Source: a virus | Lineage: Duplodnaviria; Heunggongvirae; Uroviricota; Caudoviricetes | DNA length: 64,000 bases | IMG/VR virus record: IMGVR_UViG_3300021255_000031 | Direction: 5' to 3' (one strand) | In this document: in pieces, positions 46,001-52,458 of the stretch | Numbering within the stretch: position 1 is the first letter of the stretch | How the letters are laid out: each line of letters begins with the position of its first letter | The notes under the pieces: generated by a model | What the model saw: only the letters and a program-made list of their open reading frames with translations | Told to the model about the DNA's origin: nothing | The model's database searches: none | Translations under genes and position numbers: made by a program

Positions 46001-46476
46001 ACAATTTTGAAAAAAATAGAAAGTCTCAGCAGGATAATATCACCGCTCTATACAATGAATTAAAACGCTTATTAAAGGGTTATCCTGAAGCATTGAAGGG
46101 CTATACATTGCCTGCGTTGCCGACATTCGATATTGGCGGAATCGTTGATAAAACTGGCCCGGCTTTGGTTCATGCGAAAGAGGGCGTTATAACTTCAGAA
46201 CAAGTTGATATGCTTCGTAAGCTTACTATTACTTCTGGTAAGCAGTCTCTTGCTTATCAAATGGCAGAACTTAATGAAGTATATAGTAATCTAGTAGCGC
46301 CTCTTACACATCTTGCAGACAATTCAACCAATGGTTTGGTAATTGAAAATGCAACAGTTAAGATGAATGTACAATCCATCGCAAATGATTATGATGCTCG
46401 TCGTGCTGGAGAACAGGCTCTTGATGAAATGATGCGTATAGCAAGAAAAACCGGAGCACAAAGTATAAGGAGGTAA
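34048..46476 (+). CDS. tail tape measure protein, 4142 aa
   Basis: N-terminal TP901-type TMP core (AIVTDMTQDDLWSQMSTY...VMTLTGETLKMARIAGLDYAKATDFMTNALRSF...AISVSELANAMSKTASSAY); long coiled coils; internal repeats; GGGGGGG at 44241-44265. Confidence 0.75.
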   Translation: MAEGIVIDVSARVTGYEQSLAQLKASFDHLNPGASISKSITRALQIAESKVKSLGNNLTPKITSNSQLDRFTEKINSTSDAIQHVASLLGQISSDDLDLSSFSGEFDELTQKIRELEALLNKNITEQFREKITAAISGIKIDDNATPAAIFQQLEEASKKAAKAVVAAEREMAEAEKQLATRQRRLTELQSNAANNPTALNNQVHKIADDYVEAMSSLREQMTNGLNTLLGPDSADASKLLESFFGGLNPEDGADVANRIYQLRQSITTAMGKSAVKPTEIYQALFGKNLSPQAMSEYLRAHILPKNLDDVKAQLMATLQSISTHLTSTQIGQVSGLISSNDIDGALQTTLDLITKAYETIQAKILKKRQEVAEALNKRDNAQQEVNNATAQSQQSVDNEQIAREQLAQVMQQNQALQEQNDLLKQELARQVEDKTVNIKNRAADTKEEAENLKLASEEAGQYNQQLDKIDNRRQLVNHIEGIAQRWFSIYAAVRMTGNAIRSVVSTLEELDKTITNIAIVTDMTQDDLWSQMSTYTAMAKEYAVSISGVYEVSQLFYQQGLQTRDVMTLTGETLKMARIAGLDYAKATDFMTNALRSFKMENEEAGRVTDVYSSLAASAAISVSELANAMSKTASSAYAVGSSIEATSAMITVMVEATRESAENIGSAMKSIISRYGEMTSDPLKVVDSEGEEMSLNRVDKALQTVGITLQDANGQFRNFDEVIMELAEKWNTIDKNTQRYIATIMAGNRQQSRFLALVSSYDRLRELTATAMESEGAATSQFEKSLDGIEAKTQQLQTSLQNLYTSAGLQDLYSFILTIGSNVLDFYNDIAAAFGSGFKGLLAALVTFSAQFYNAARIVMRVVDLVKTHFIGANKQATASSAVESKNRANTELYTAEELNAKIIEVWRKAEEEKTKITTEEAERRAKILLNAEKNNSQQKGSGLKNWLKKNGSMIGSTIAAGSSIVGGMLTDSKWSAGVSGAGGLIGAVIQGASGDIAGAIMTAISSIGPLVSLITQWATITDELAEAQEKYNKSLEEAAKKRTEATKINNEAEALKKLSERLEEAKERQYDSAEAKQEYLSVMKEIAEQYPSLVAYYDSENNAIVENTKALDTYIKKRKQEAAIAEREAIIAEAGADSRYGVTITPAKQVYEGKTSGRDVSRLHNQENDIIQGKFSTVGAAMNAAISEYLYYNTGFLADVETSNLLGFDYNNDTNKTLFKEKAKNATKEKTDLNINKAVQVALDVLVSRLEAAQKAGTSLEEVYTKWEKEWLATIDGYNRENSLFYEIFQYAQQYITHADTFKASREDLVHRAAVSFVKSLDLEGYTDLQIQHLVGQFESSFKETNPDVLNISTSQEDFQKRLNTFWGQQIESSGNYTLNALEYYGTIDKKTIAQIDKVFNNLAKYSRNSLEALIDSIGITGPAAKDLLKEWDTENGLAVENAKKAYSNLLGSNQELSQEQADFIDSLAPTYLSTYIEQLRAFSSNGSGGTPTSLNISPIQKIWEKAQGNDEALQVLQKSDLTTITGIYDAAKEMEKLGNSDLATSITKLSEYIQINLNTELQTYVDTLQGSFSDLEAALKNASSGMDVDTMLAMADRLGKSISDFSFKDGKYYFNDINAIYDSYSKASDALEKQLSEIQLVEDTDNYEELSAEANELKNRIKELRTYTDDYLKKTFLLQTGQIDKFLEELNVGAEVKQEIAHGDYTHIPPEYISAVTSAAGKTYNEIYDILIGQINGSSKQTTIKATEVNLDLLKSLGLAGNGVVAGDELLINWANATADQINSLRQIILEDGDIGDDERNNLLRSIYDSKFKNNRTEALLQVINSYTNFDRSVAEAFALSIGETVEGLEKKGIIALNQITGAYSMTFDVLQQQIEEAKANGASDTELAKLKDAISTLYSGIANNIVKALEGSLSSTDAQELSKSIEDIFGLKLDFSSTAKGLGLSNEIAAILYQRLMAIDGIAARLVFDALYDSLTKSEATCQNISTTMRHLAEVQKEINNLQKQNNDADKKRVQSLKDQYKLLSQIAYKQSMDSNSFKFLDRSLPTGYESPINYLQSAVKSFDIINQASEDGHIALTDFYNIVMEMSNVAAITGQTITVFGQTITGDLVQTSELIQKGFKVWSDIDGTASIGAEAAASIGLNFEAGVEEGQGSIESGIKAFAKQQIEMLDAMINALEGVAALEALETGTGDKSLGLGEVLGNFYETDEKGNSTGNISQKAQDWINSFKTVIDGNEKLKAFVDKIKVSDEDLITYLQDEKVTAEQKKNVLSRLYELMKSNDWGDDLSQVADKWAEQGFNFDAKSGFLKFSEPIETDVPLTLKVVLEGIDAEGLKGFSDLLKKLLQVNPNGDIDLTGTMGKNLAYTLKLARTKNGDKVTLTIDGKEPYESALFDATNSGALTAQVTDVINRAAKDLKIFNIADTNFTVTGVGTNTYIATEDGDTLEYHKTINGSNPPIITISGTSIKGGYISIASAIETYKKEKQKQAAINQDTLNTQTNETFTGIESGSGLGYEIQFKDNGATAAIKIGGKEIATWSDNDGTGLTLNSAIERAFALYQQQYGSNSVEMPSLPSGNKEIIPEDKGITLGYKITPNENGGYSVTFGEGSKWGTPAAWNGTKEGLQSVLTQAAMHYYTEHGSGSIPEGFDPLGQSISGTVVSAEDDGNTLQYYLSFDKSIDSGRITIGSGSTYVSMGWSGNHAEGIQTALRIYHNRIASAAKEPSFDSDNIEIYDNDNGIVYSFAANEKDGQFYLPGGTAPVSQAEFIAGIQTWVATNRGTIVEELKDTGLTQVEVSSGPEGTKVNAVGDYWAADGTGIGYYLSLKTKENGNVNGYSTGTIKNAVDATKNWLKSLEEKYGSGEAIADALGAGKLVINPETNQVTMEEIPIANGYKLDYNLQITTTGDATATQEALEEKIATVKRLQAAYKDLEALKVEQNATGIEGSAIFPSKYFSLDLGLIVKITDSGVKVSGNVSGLASTYDSIDDFMNALIDFYEQKLGQTVDINNTTQVENDLSTGGNETTNATPYTHGGTATNVVYPDDQSDALYNQYPDKNVESEFEEEILDEVTQIAEEKTNPTTEGTQAPDTENALTDEEIIADLNTKVGDALKLWADKSEEADLAKSEGSDDADHLEEEAQALHQLVLTLMDSQDILNAGQSQEQQQTQDLSQDQIKYLYDNQVSNDSIDTIIGQLEASKSDDETTNAQIQQTIDWLSALKEGNSNQLEKMNQIAAKTRLPYTPTELKAGLDGISIHGDLFAGGWQLVRPDGAGGYTHEPGEGSAKGNAQAKGTLMGELGPELYVTGGHYYIAGQNGAEFVDLPDDAIVFNHLQTQRLMSNGSTGRGRAITSEKKATSYATGNVAMASASETVAKLRELRALWESLLNQDFKSLTQAAGGGGGGGSEEAKKFLYDLDRWYNLLRQIEKVEEQINYQQALRQNMQSGYKYVRSLEYELSLLEKEASNYEMLAKLQESYYQARKADQERSIYSYFFNYDDEGLMQYRDEGFHLVADLNRTDETGQAVYTSEQQIAAITNALKAAGYDADLISNTLYYDEAGEKLTDSADIIQNFYDKFDGWIEEMDAEYDSFNEYRTKTQEALTKQNEILEEYRELQIGLEKQLLEAIENREQKIIDTLQDEMDALKDASDKYLTGLTDALNKEQQMYQQNEKDTELLRLQRQLAILQRSGGSASEIKSLQDQINSRMQDRYFEAQQTEIDAIKEASDKQLEMMQNQIDILTETLEYQKENGLLWAEVSEKMNTWKPEELASFVQENSPEFAAASLEEQTKTMQESIKEFEKWYEYIHNYRAFNQFYDQIDTDTLKNEYGINTDDETMLKRARATAKTAYQKEYQRQIDEEGADSDTAHRLAEEAALRALREDYSLHPAMGPGRGGIDTSGAIGSGSGTGGLSTFKEVQAKWNETKYKFNNAVSNYSKTPLGFRNWYDANNKWGITWDNLQEARHKSEFGANVYATAFGEWQAYTNNFEKNRKSQQDNITALYNELKRLLKGYPEALKGYTLPALPTFDIGGIVDKTGPALVHAKEGVITSEQVDMLRKLTITSGKQSLAYQMAELNEVYSNLVAPLTHLADNSTNGLVIENATVKMNVQSIANDYDARRAGEQALDEMMRIARKTGAQSIRR
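41340..42670 (+). repeat. at least 5 tandem about 55-65-aa Gly/Tyr-rich repeat modules inside tape measure protein (approximate bounds)
   Basis: recurring G..Y.h.....G.....G......A......YG pattern, e.g. GIGYYLSLKTKENGNVNGYSTGTIKNAVDATKNWLKSLEEKYGSG / QYYLSFDKSIDSGRITIGSGSTYVSMGWSGNHAEGIQTALRIYHNRI. Confidence 0.5.
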
Positions 46477-46482
46477 AGGGGT

Positions 46483-48063
46483 ATGGAAGTATTACAAGGT
46501 ATAGAAATAGAGAGAGCGGCCGCGAGCCGCTCTCAAACCTATGAAGCAACACATAACGGGGCAGGCCAGCGCCTGCCCTATATGTATAGATCTTTTATTA
46601 GTTTTTCTTATGGTGGAAAAAATATAGAGGATTTTGGTTTAATCGCGGTTACTAATGGTGACCGTTTATCTCATGCTGTTTATGCTGATTTTAATGATAA
46701 TATTACTGATTCTAATGTGTTGGACGGGCAACTCTATTGGAGCACTCATTTTAAAGCTAATGCTTGGGATTTAACCTTGGCAACAGATGGAATAACAGAA
46801 CGACAATTAGATGAATTTAAGCACTGGTTCGCGCCGGGCAAAGTAAAAGAATTAATCTTAGCAGAGCGCCCCAATCGCGGAATTATGGCACGAATATCTA
46901 AGGCTCCTTCTTATTCGATGTTACCTTTTGAGAGTGATACTACTATAACAATAAATAGCACTGAATATAAAACAAAAACTACCCTTTATAAAGGCGAGAT
47001 TACGATTAATTTTGTTATGGATGACCCATTTTGGTATTCATTAAATAATATTCTAGATTTAAAAATTAATGATATTTATACTTCTCAATGGATTGATGCA
47101 AATGGACAACAAGTTAATGTCCTTAGTAGTCCAGATGCATTAAAAATACTAGCTGAAGATGGTGTGCTTACTTCTTCTCTTTTTGATTCTAGTGCTCCAG
47201 AAATTCTTACTGGTGATGGTGAGTTATTAACAGTTGATTTGTCTATGAATTCTTATGGCTCTCGCGTGAATGGCGCTCGTGCCGATGAAGGACATATAGC
47301 TTATATCATTTCTGGTAGTGGCCACGGGATAAATATTGGAGACGAAAATAATCCGGGATATTTTTATTATGGTGGTACGGCACCATGCGCGCCGATATTA
47401 AGTTTTACTTTAATTCCACAATTAGGACAAGATGGTTATATTATTTCTCCTAACAACGATATTGGTAATGCAAATAATGAAAATTATTATAATATACTCA
47501 CCATTGAGAGTTTAGATAAAAAAGAATTTAAATTTACTACGCCAAGCATATATACCGGCTTTAATCAAGTAATTAAAATTTTTAAAGATGCTGGTGATGG
47601 AGTAGCTTGGGAAGACGTGCGCGCGCGGTTAAGAGATAATGTTAAACATTATGCACCAAGGCAGTATGGTATGGCTGTTTTAGAGAGCATGCGTTCTGGC
47701 GTCAGTACAACTACTACAATTTTAAACAACATGATAATTAAAATGTCTGATTTTATAAAAGATACAAACGGACAAATTGTGCCTGCGGCTTTTACTATCA
47801 ATAGTAAAAATGGGCAGGCGGTTGCTTATATAAAATATAGAAATACAAATTTAGATTCTCCTGCTATGATAGAATCCGAGGAAAATGTCGGAGATATGAT
47901 TCTTTCAAATTACTTGTTAATAGAAGAAAGAAATTATCCAAATGCAATAGGACAAATACAAATATGGACGGAAGAGCATCCAGAGTATAGCCATAAAGTT
48001 TATTGTGATATTGCTGGCGGGTTACAAAATTTTGATATACAATATAAATTTTTATATCTATAA
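46483..48063 (+). CDS. distal tail protein (Dit) candidate
   Basis: 526 aa directly after TMP, conserved siphovirus order. Confidence 0.5.
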   Translation: MEVLQGIEIERAAASRSQTYEATHNGAGQRLPYMYRSFISFSYGGKNIEDFGLIAVTNGDRLSHAVYADFNDNITDSNVLDGQLYWSTHFKANAWDLTLATDGITERQLDEFKHWFAPGKVKELILAERPNRGIMARISKAPSYSMLPFESDTTITINSTEYKTKTTLYKGEITINFVMDDPFWYSLNNILDLKINDIYTSQWIDANGQQVNVLSSPDALKILAEDGVLTSSLFDSSAPEILTGDGELLTVDLSMNSYGSRVNGARADEGHIAYIISGSGHGINIGDENNPGYFYYGGTAPCAPILSFTLIPQLGQDGYIISPNNDIGNANNENYYNILTIESLDKKEFKFTTPSIYTGFNQVIKIFKDAGDGVAWEDVRARLRDNVKHYAPRQYGMAVLESMRSGVSTTTTILNNMIIKMSDFIKDTNGQIVPAAFTINSKNGQAVAYIKYRNTNLDSPAMIESEENVGDMILSNYLLIEERNYPNAIGQIQIWTEEHPEYSHKVYCDIAGGLQNFDIQYKFLYL

Positions 48064-48088
48064 TGAGTAAGGGAGATGAGACTAAATA

Positions 48089-51000
48089 ATGGCAATTGTG
48101 AAAAAGCGCGATTATGAGGTCTCTATTTGGACGCTTCAGGATGAGTTTTTAACTCTCCTGAAGCCTGCCAATATAGAGAGCAAGGGGCAGCCGCGTGATG
48201 GAAATATTACATTAAAATCAGATGGCACTCAAGAGCTTCAACTGTCTATTCCTAAATTTATTTTTTCTAATGGATTGCGTATAGTTAATCCAATATGGGA
48301 AAATACAATTAATGGAGTTATTGTAAAAAATTTACGCAAAATTAAGTTAATTTTTAATAAAATGACAGAAGATGAAGCCGTTTTTGAATTTGTTATTATT
48401 GACACAGTTGAGCGGCATGAAAACGATGAAGTTTTTTGCGATATAAAATGTGAAGGATTGGCCTTTCAAGAATTAGGGAAAAAAGGCTATAAAATATCTT
48501 TAACGAGTGATAATTTTTATTTAGATGATTATAATGCTTTTATAGCTGGGGAAGAACAGCCTACAGCTACATTACAATATTGGAATAAACAATTTCTATC
48601 AGAACTGCCTCAAGATGGTATTCTAGACCCAACAATTTGGTATTTTGATATTCAAATGGATTGGAGTTCTTACGGTGGTAGTAGAGACTCAAAAAAAGTA
48701 TATGAGGAAGAATATGTTTCTTCTTGGGAAATAAATAATGGAAAATTGATTCCTAAAAGTATTGAAGCAGCTATAGAAAAGGCTCGTTTAGTAGATATTA
48801 ATGAAAGTAATATTTATAATATTACACAAACTTTAGCAGAAACTTTTGGAGTATTTTGCCGATATGAATATGGATATGATAGAAATTATCATATTATAAG
48901 TAGAAAGGTTGTTTATTATAACAATTTTAACATTGAATGCTTGGGATATTTAGATTTAACTTATCCCTATACAACCTCGAAAATTACCCGCGAATATGAT
49001 GGTAAAGATATTACAACTAAAATGTTTGTTAAACCAATTGATTCGGAAGCAACAAATTCTGGCGTTTTAACTATTCTTGATGTTCCTGCGAATAAAAGTC
49101 AGGAAGATTATATTTTAAATTTTGACTATATGTATAGCATAGGAGCTATAAATAAAGAGCAATATGATGAAATCGAGAAATATGAAACTCAGCTTGCCGA
49201 ATTAAATACAAACATTAAAAATACTGATAATCAATTAATAGTATATGAGACAGAATTGCCAGATGTTCAAGGTCATTTAACATTGGCGAATAATTCTGCG
49301 CAATTAGATAGAGAAAGAATCGCCGCCGCAGATGATTTATTAAATAAGTTAGACGCCAAAGATGGAGAATTAGATGGTTCAATTCCTATTACTGAAGGTA
49401 ATCCAGATACGGCAATAATGCTTGAAAATCATCAAGACGCTGTTAATAATTCTTATTATATTAATTTGCCAAGACAAGGAATACAGGCTGAAACAATACA
49501 TATATATAGAGATATAGATTATAGCAAAAGTGTTGGCAATGGGCGTTTAACCAACGAGATTACTTCTGGACAAATAGGATACGACGAATTTGGTATTCCA
49601 AATAGAGTCTTAAATTTATATCCTTCAGGGCAAGGTAAAAAACAAGTATATTTAATTTATAAATACACTCCGCGCCTATATACTGAAAGTGTTAAACGAA
49701 CTTGGGAGACTAGGCTAGCAAAAGATATGGCTGATATAGATTCTCTTGCTGCTAAAGAGACCTTTTTAACAAATATAATTAGTCTTTTAAATACCACAAA
49801 GGCTAATTTACTAGCCGAAAAAGAAGCTGCGATATCTGCTTTTAATAAGATGATGGGGCCCGCATTGCGAGAATCTTATTGGCAGCCAGAAAATTATAAA
49901 GATGTTGGTGACCATTTCGTTGATAATTTTATATTATCAACAGATGCAAATTCTATAGTTAAGGGCGCGTCAAATTATACAGAATTGTTTTGGGATGATG
50001 AATTGTTTGATGGAGAACAAGATATAACTTATCAATTGGGTGTAGAACAAGCAGCAATTAGTTATCCTTGTATTAGATTGGATAGTTATATGGATTATAT
50101 AAAAGCCCATGTTGATGAAGTAAGCTTTTTGTTTTACGACTATATTGAATCAAGTACAAATCCATATGAACCAAGAAATATCAAAGCTTTTGCCGTGGGT
50201 AGTGAAGCTCAATATGGCTTTATTAAAGAGAATAATACTATTATTCCGGTTTTAATATTGACTGGCGCGAGTAAGTTGTCTCAAACTTCTTTGGAAAATT
50301 TACATTCTTTAGAGCATAAACCGCAATTAGGCATTTTGACATCAACGGTAGTGACTGATGAATATAATAATCCATCCATTATTACTACAATAGAAGATTC
50401 AGAAGAACTATCTACAGATAAATTTATTTTAAATGCTACGCAAATTTTTTATCCTCGCATTAAAATAAACAGTTTAGCTTTAAAAAATAATGATGAGGAT
50501 TTAACTATTTTATATGGAAATGATTTAAATCTTTTAAAGAATTATGAAGATTATAATATATTGGCGCGCGAACAAGCATTTTATATATCAATTAAGCCAG
50601 AAGTTTTATATCGCTTTGATTTAAATAATGAAGCTATTGATTTACGTTTTGCTCTGTCTAATGCAGATACAGCAATTTATTTAGATAGTTTGCAAGTATT
50701 AAAAGAAAATTCAGTGCCTAGGGTATCATATGAACTCACTCCTAATGTGTTCGATGATAATTTTATGTTTTCCGCTTATAAGCAGTTAAATAGAATTGTA
50801 AATATTAATGATAGTGATTTGCAATTAAAGAACGCGCAAGGTTACATTTCGGAGCTTACGCTAGATTTAGATGAACCACAAAATGATAAAGTTATTATTA
50901 AAAATTATAAAAATAAATTTGAAGATTTATTTAGTTCTATAGTAGCTCAAACTGAGTCAATGAAAAGTAGTTCATATACTATTGAAAAAGCTGCTGAAGT

Positions 51001-52453
51001 AATTAATAGTGATGGCACGCTTTCTGGAGAAGTAATTCAAAATACCTTACAAAAAGTTAATTTATACTATGCGTTTAATAATGGTAAATTGACTATTAAT
51101 GAACGCGATGGTATTTGGGGCATTAGCGACGATGGCGTAGTGGCTTTTCGTGGCGGCGGCATTTTTACTGCTACAGACAAAGATAAAGCCGGTAATTGGA
51201 TTTGGAATACAGGCATCGTTCCGCAAGGCATTAATGCAAATTTAATTACGGCGGGGCAGTTAGATACGGAGAAAATTTTGATTTATGGCGGCGATAAGAT
51301 TCGTTTTCAATTAAATGGAGAAGGGCTTTTTGCTTATAAGTCTATTTTAGATGATTCAAATATTCTAGAAGCAGCAAGAAATATTGCCGCAATTAACGAG
51401 GCACTACAGCAAAGAGAAAATGATTTAGATACGGCCCAATACGTTGTACATGATAAGAATGGTTTATTTTTAGTAGCCAAGAAAGGTGCATTAATACTCA
51501 ATCAAGACCATAATGCTCTTAATGAATTAGACGAAGATATTAATAGAGTAGAAATTAGTTGGGATGGATTAATTCTACGTGATTGGGAAAATAATAGAAC
51601 TTTTTATGCGGATGCCGATACTGGTGATTTAACCCTTAAAGGAACAGTATATGCAACTGGTTTATATATTGGTAATAATGATGAGCCTATAGATACGCAT
51701 ATTAATAATACTATTAATACAACTTTAGACGATTTAGGCGTATTAGATAGCGGAAGAATATACTATCAGGCCGCTGAGCCGACAGATTATCATCAAAGAG
51801 ACCTATGGATTAATACCAACGATAATAATCAATATATCGCCATTTGTAATTATGATGATACGCCCTTGCCTGCAACACGTTGGATTTTAATTAATAAGAA
51901 AATTCAAGGTGCGCAACTTTCTGTTGATACTGAAAATGGAAAAATTTCAATTGCCGCAGGAGAAAGTATAGATATTTCTGGCGGTAATTTAAATCTGGTT
52001 GGTAATAGTGGGATTACAGTAGGTTCCGGTGGAAACATTAATGTTGCTAGCGGCGGTAAATTTACAATTACTTCTGATAATTTTAAAATTGATAATAACG
52101 GTGCCGTCGAAATAACTGGAGCATTAAGAGCCACTAGTTTAACTATTCAAGATGAAGGCTTTGAAGATTTTAATGCGCTAGTTGAAGGGACTGATGTAGG
52201 AGCATATGTACAAAGTAAAGAACAGGTTCTTAATACTATGGAATTTACCGCGTCAGAGGGATTGCGGATTCGCGCTGGTGAATCGCCATATTCAACATTA
52301 ACTACCAATAATGGATACTATGTTCAATATAATAATAATAATGTTGCATCTTTTACTGGTGATGGTATAGCAGTAGATAATCTTTCAATAGGTAATATTG
52401 TGGTTAAAAAAACCGGTCGTGGCGGTTGGCGCTGGAGTAAAAAGGAGAGATAA
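48089..52453 (+). CDS. tail-associated lysin / baseplate hub (Tal) candidate
   Basis: 1454 aa after Dit; N-terminal MAIVKKRDYEVSIWTL typical of Tal N-domains. Confidence 0.5.
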   Translation: MAIVKKRDYEVSIWTLQDEFLTLLKPANIESKGQPRDGNITLKSDGTQELQLSIPKFIFSNGLRIVNPIWENTINGVIVKNLRKIKLIFNKMTEDEAVFEFVIIDTVERHENDEVFCDIKCEGLAFQELGKKGYKISLTSDNFYLDDYNAFIAGEEQPTATLQYWNKQFLSELPQDGILDPTIWYFDIQMDWSSYGGSRDSKKVYEEEYVSSWEINNGKLIPKSIEAAIEKARLVDINESNIYNITQTLAETFGVFCRYEYGYDRNYHIISRKVVYYNNFNIECLGYLDLTYPYTTSKITREYDGKDITTKMFVKPIDSEATNSGVLTILDVPANKSQEDYILNFDYMYSIGAINKEQYDEIEKYETQLAELNTNIKNTDNQLIVYETELPDVQGHLTLANNSAQLDRERIAAADDLLNKLDAKDGELDGSIPITEGNPDTAIMLENHQDAVNNSYYINLPRQGIQAETIHIYRDIDYSKSVGNGRLTNEITSGQIGYDEFGIPNRVLNLYPSGQGKKQVYLIYKYTPRLYTESVKRTWETRLAKDMADIDSLAAKETFLTNIISLLNTTKANLLAEKEAAISAFNKMMGPALRESYWQPENYKDVGDHFVDNFILSTDANSIVKGASNYTELFWDDELFDGEQDITYQLGVEQAAISYPCIRLDSYMDYIKAHVDEVSFLFYDYIESSTNPYEPRNIKAFAVGSEAQYGFIKENNTIIPVLILTGASKLSQTSLENLHSLEHKPQLGILTSTVVTDEYNNPSIITTIEDSEELSTDKFILNATQIFYPRIKINSLALKNNDEDLTILYGNDLNLLKNYEDYNILAREQAFYISIKPEVLYRFDLNNEAIDLRFALSNADTAIYLDSLQVLKENSVPRVSYELTPNVFDDNFMFSAYKQLNRIVNINDSDLQLKNAQGYISELTLDLDEPQNDKVIIKNYKNKFEDLFSSIVAQTESMKSSSYTIEKAAEVINSDGTLSGEVIQNTLQKVNLYYAFNNGKLTINERDGIWGISDDGVVAFRGGGIFTATDKDKAGNWIWNTGIVPQGINANLITAGQLDTEKILIYGGDKIRFQLNGEGLFAYKSILDDSNILEAARNIAAINEALQQRENDLDTAQYVVHDKNGLFLVAKKGALILNQDHNALNELDEDINRVEISWDGLILRDWENNRTFYADADTGDLTLKGTVYATGLYIGNNDEPIDTHINNTINTTLDDLGVLDSGRIYYQAAEPTDYHQRDLWINTNDNNQYIAICNYDDTPLPATRWILINKKIQGAQLSVDTENGKISIAAGESIDISGGNLNLVGNSGITVGSGGNINVASGGKFTITSDNFKIDNNGAVEITGALRATSLTIQDEGFEDFNALVEGTDVGAYVQSKEQVLNTMEFTASEGLRIRAGESPYSTLTTNNGYYVQYNNNNVASFTGDGIAVDNLSIGNIVVKKTGRGGWRWSKKER

Positions 52454-52458
52454 TAATT

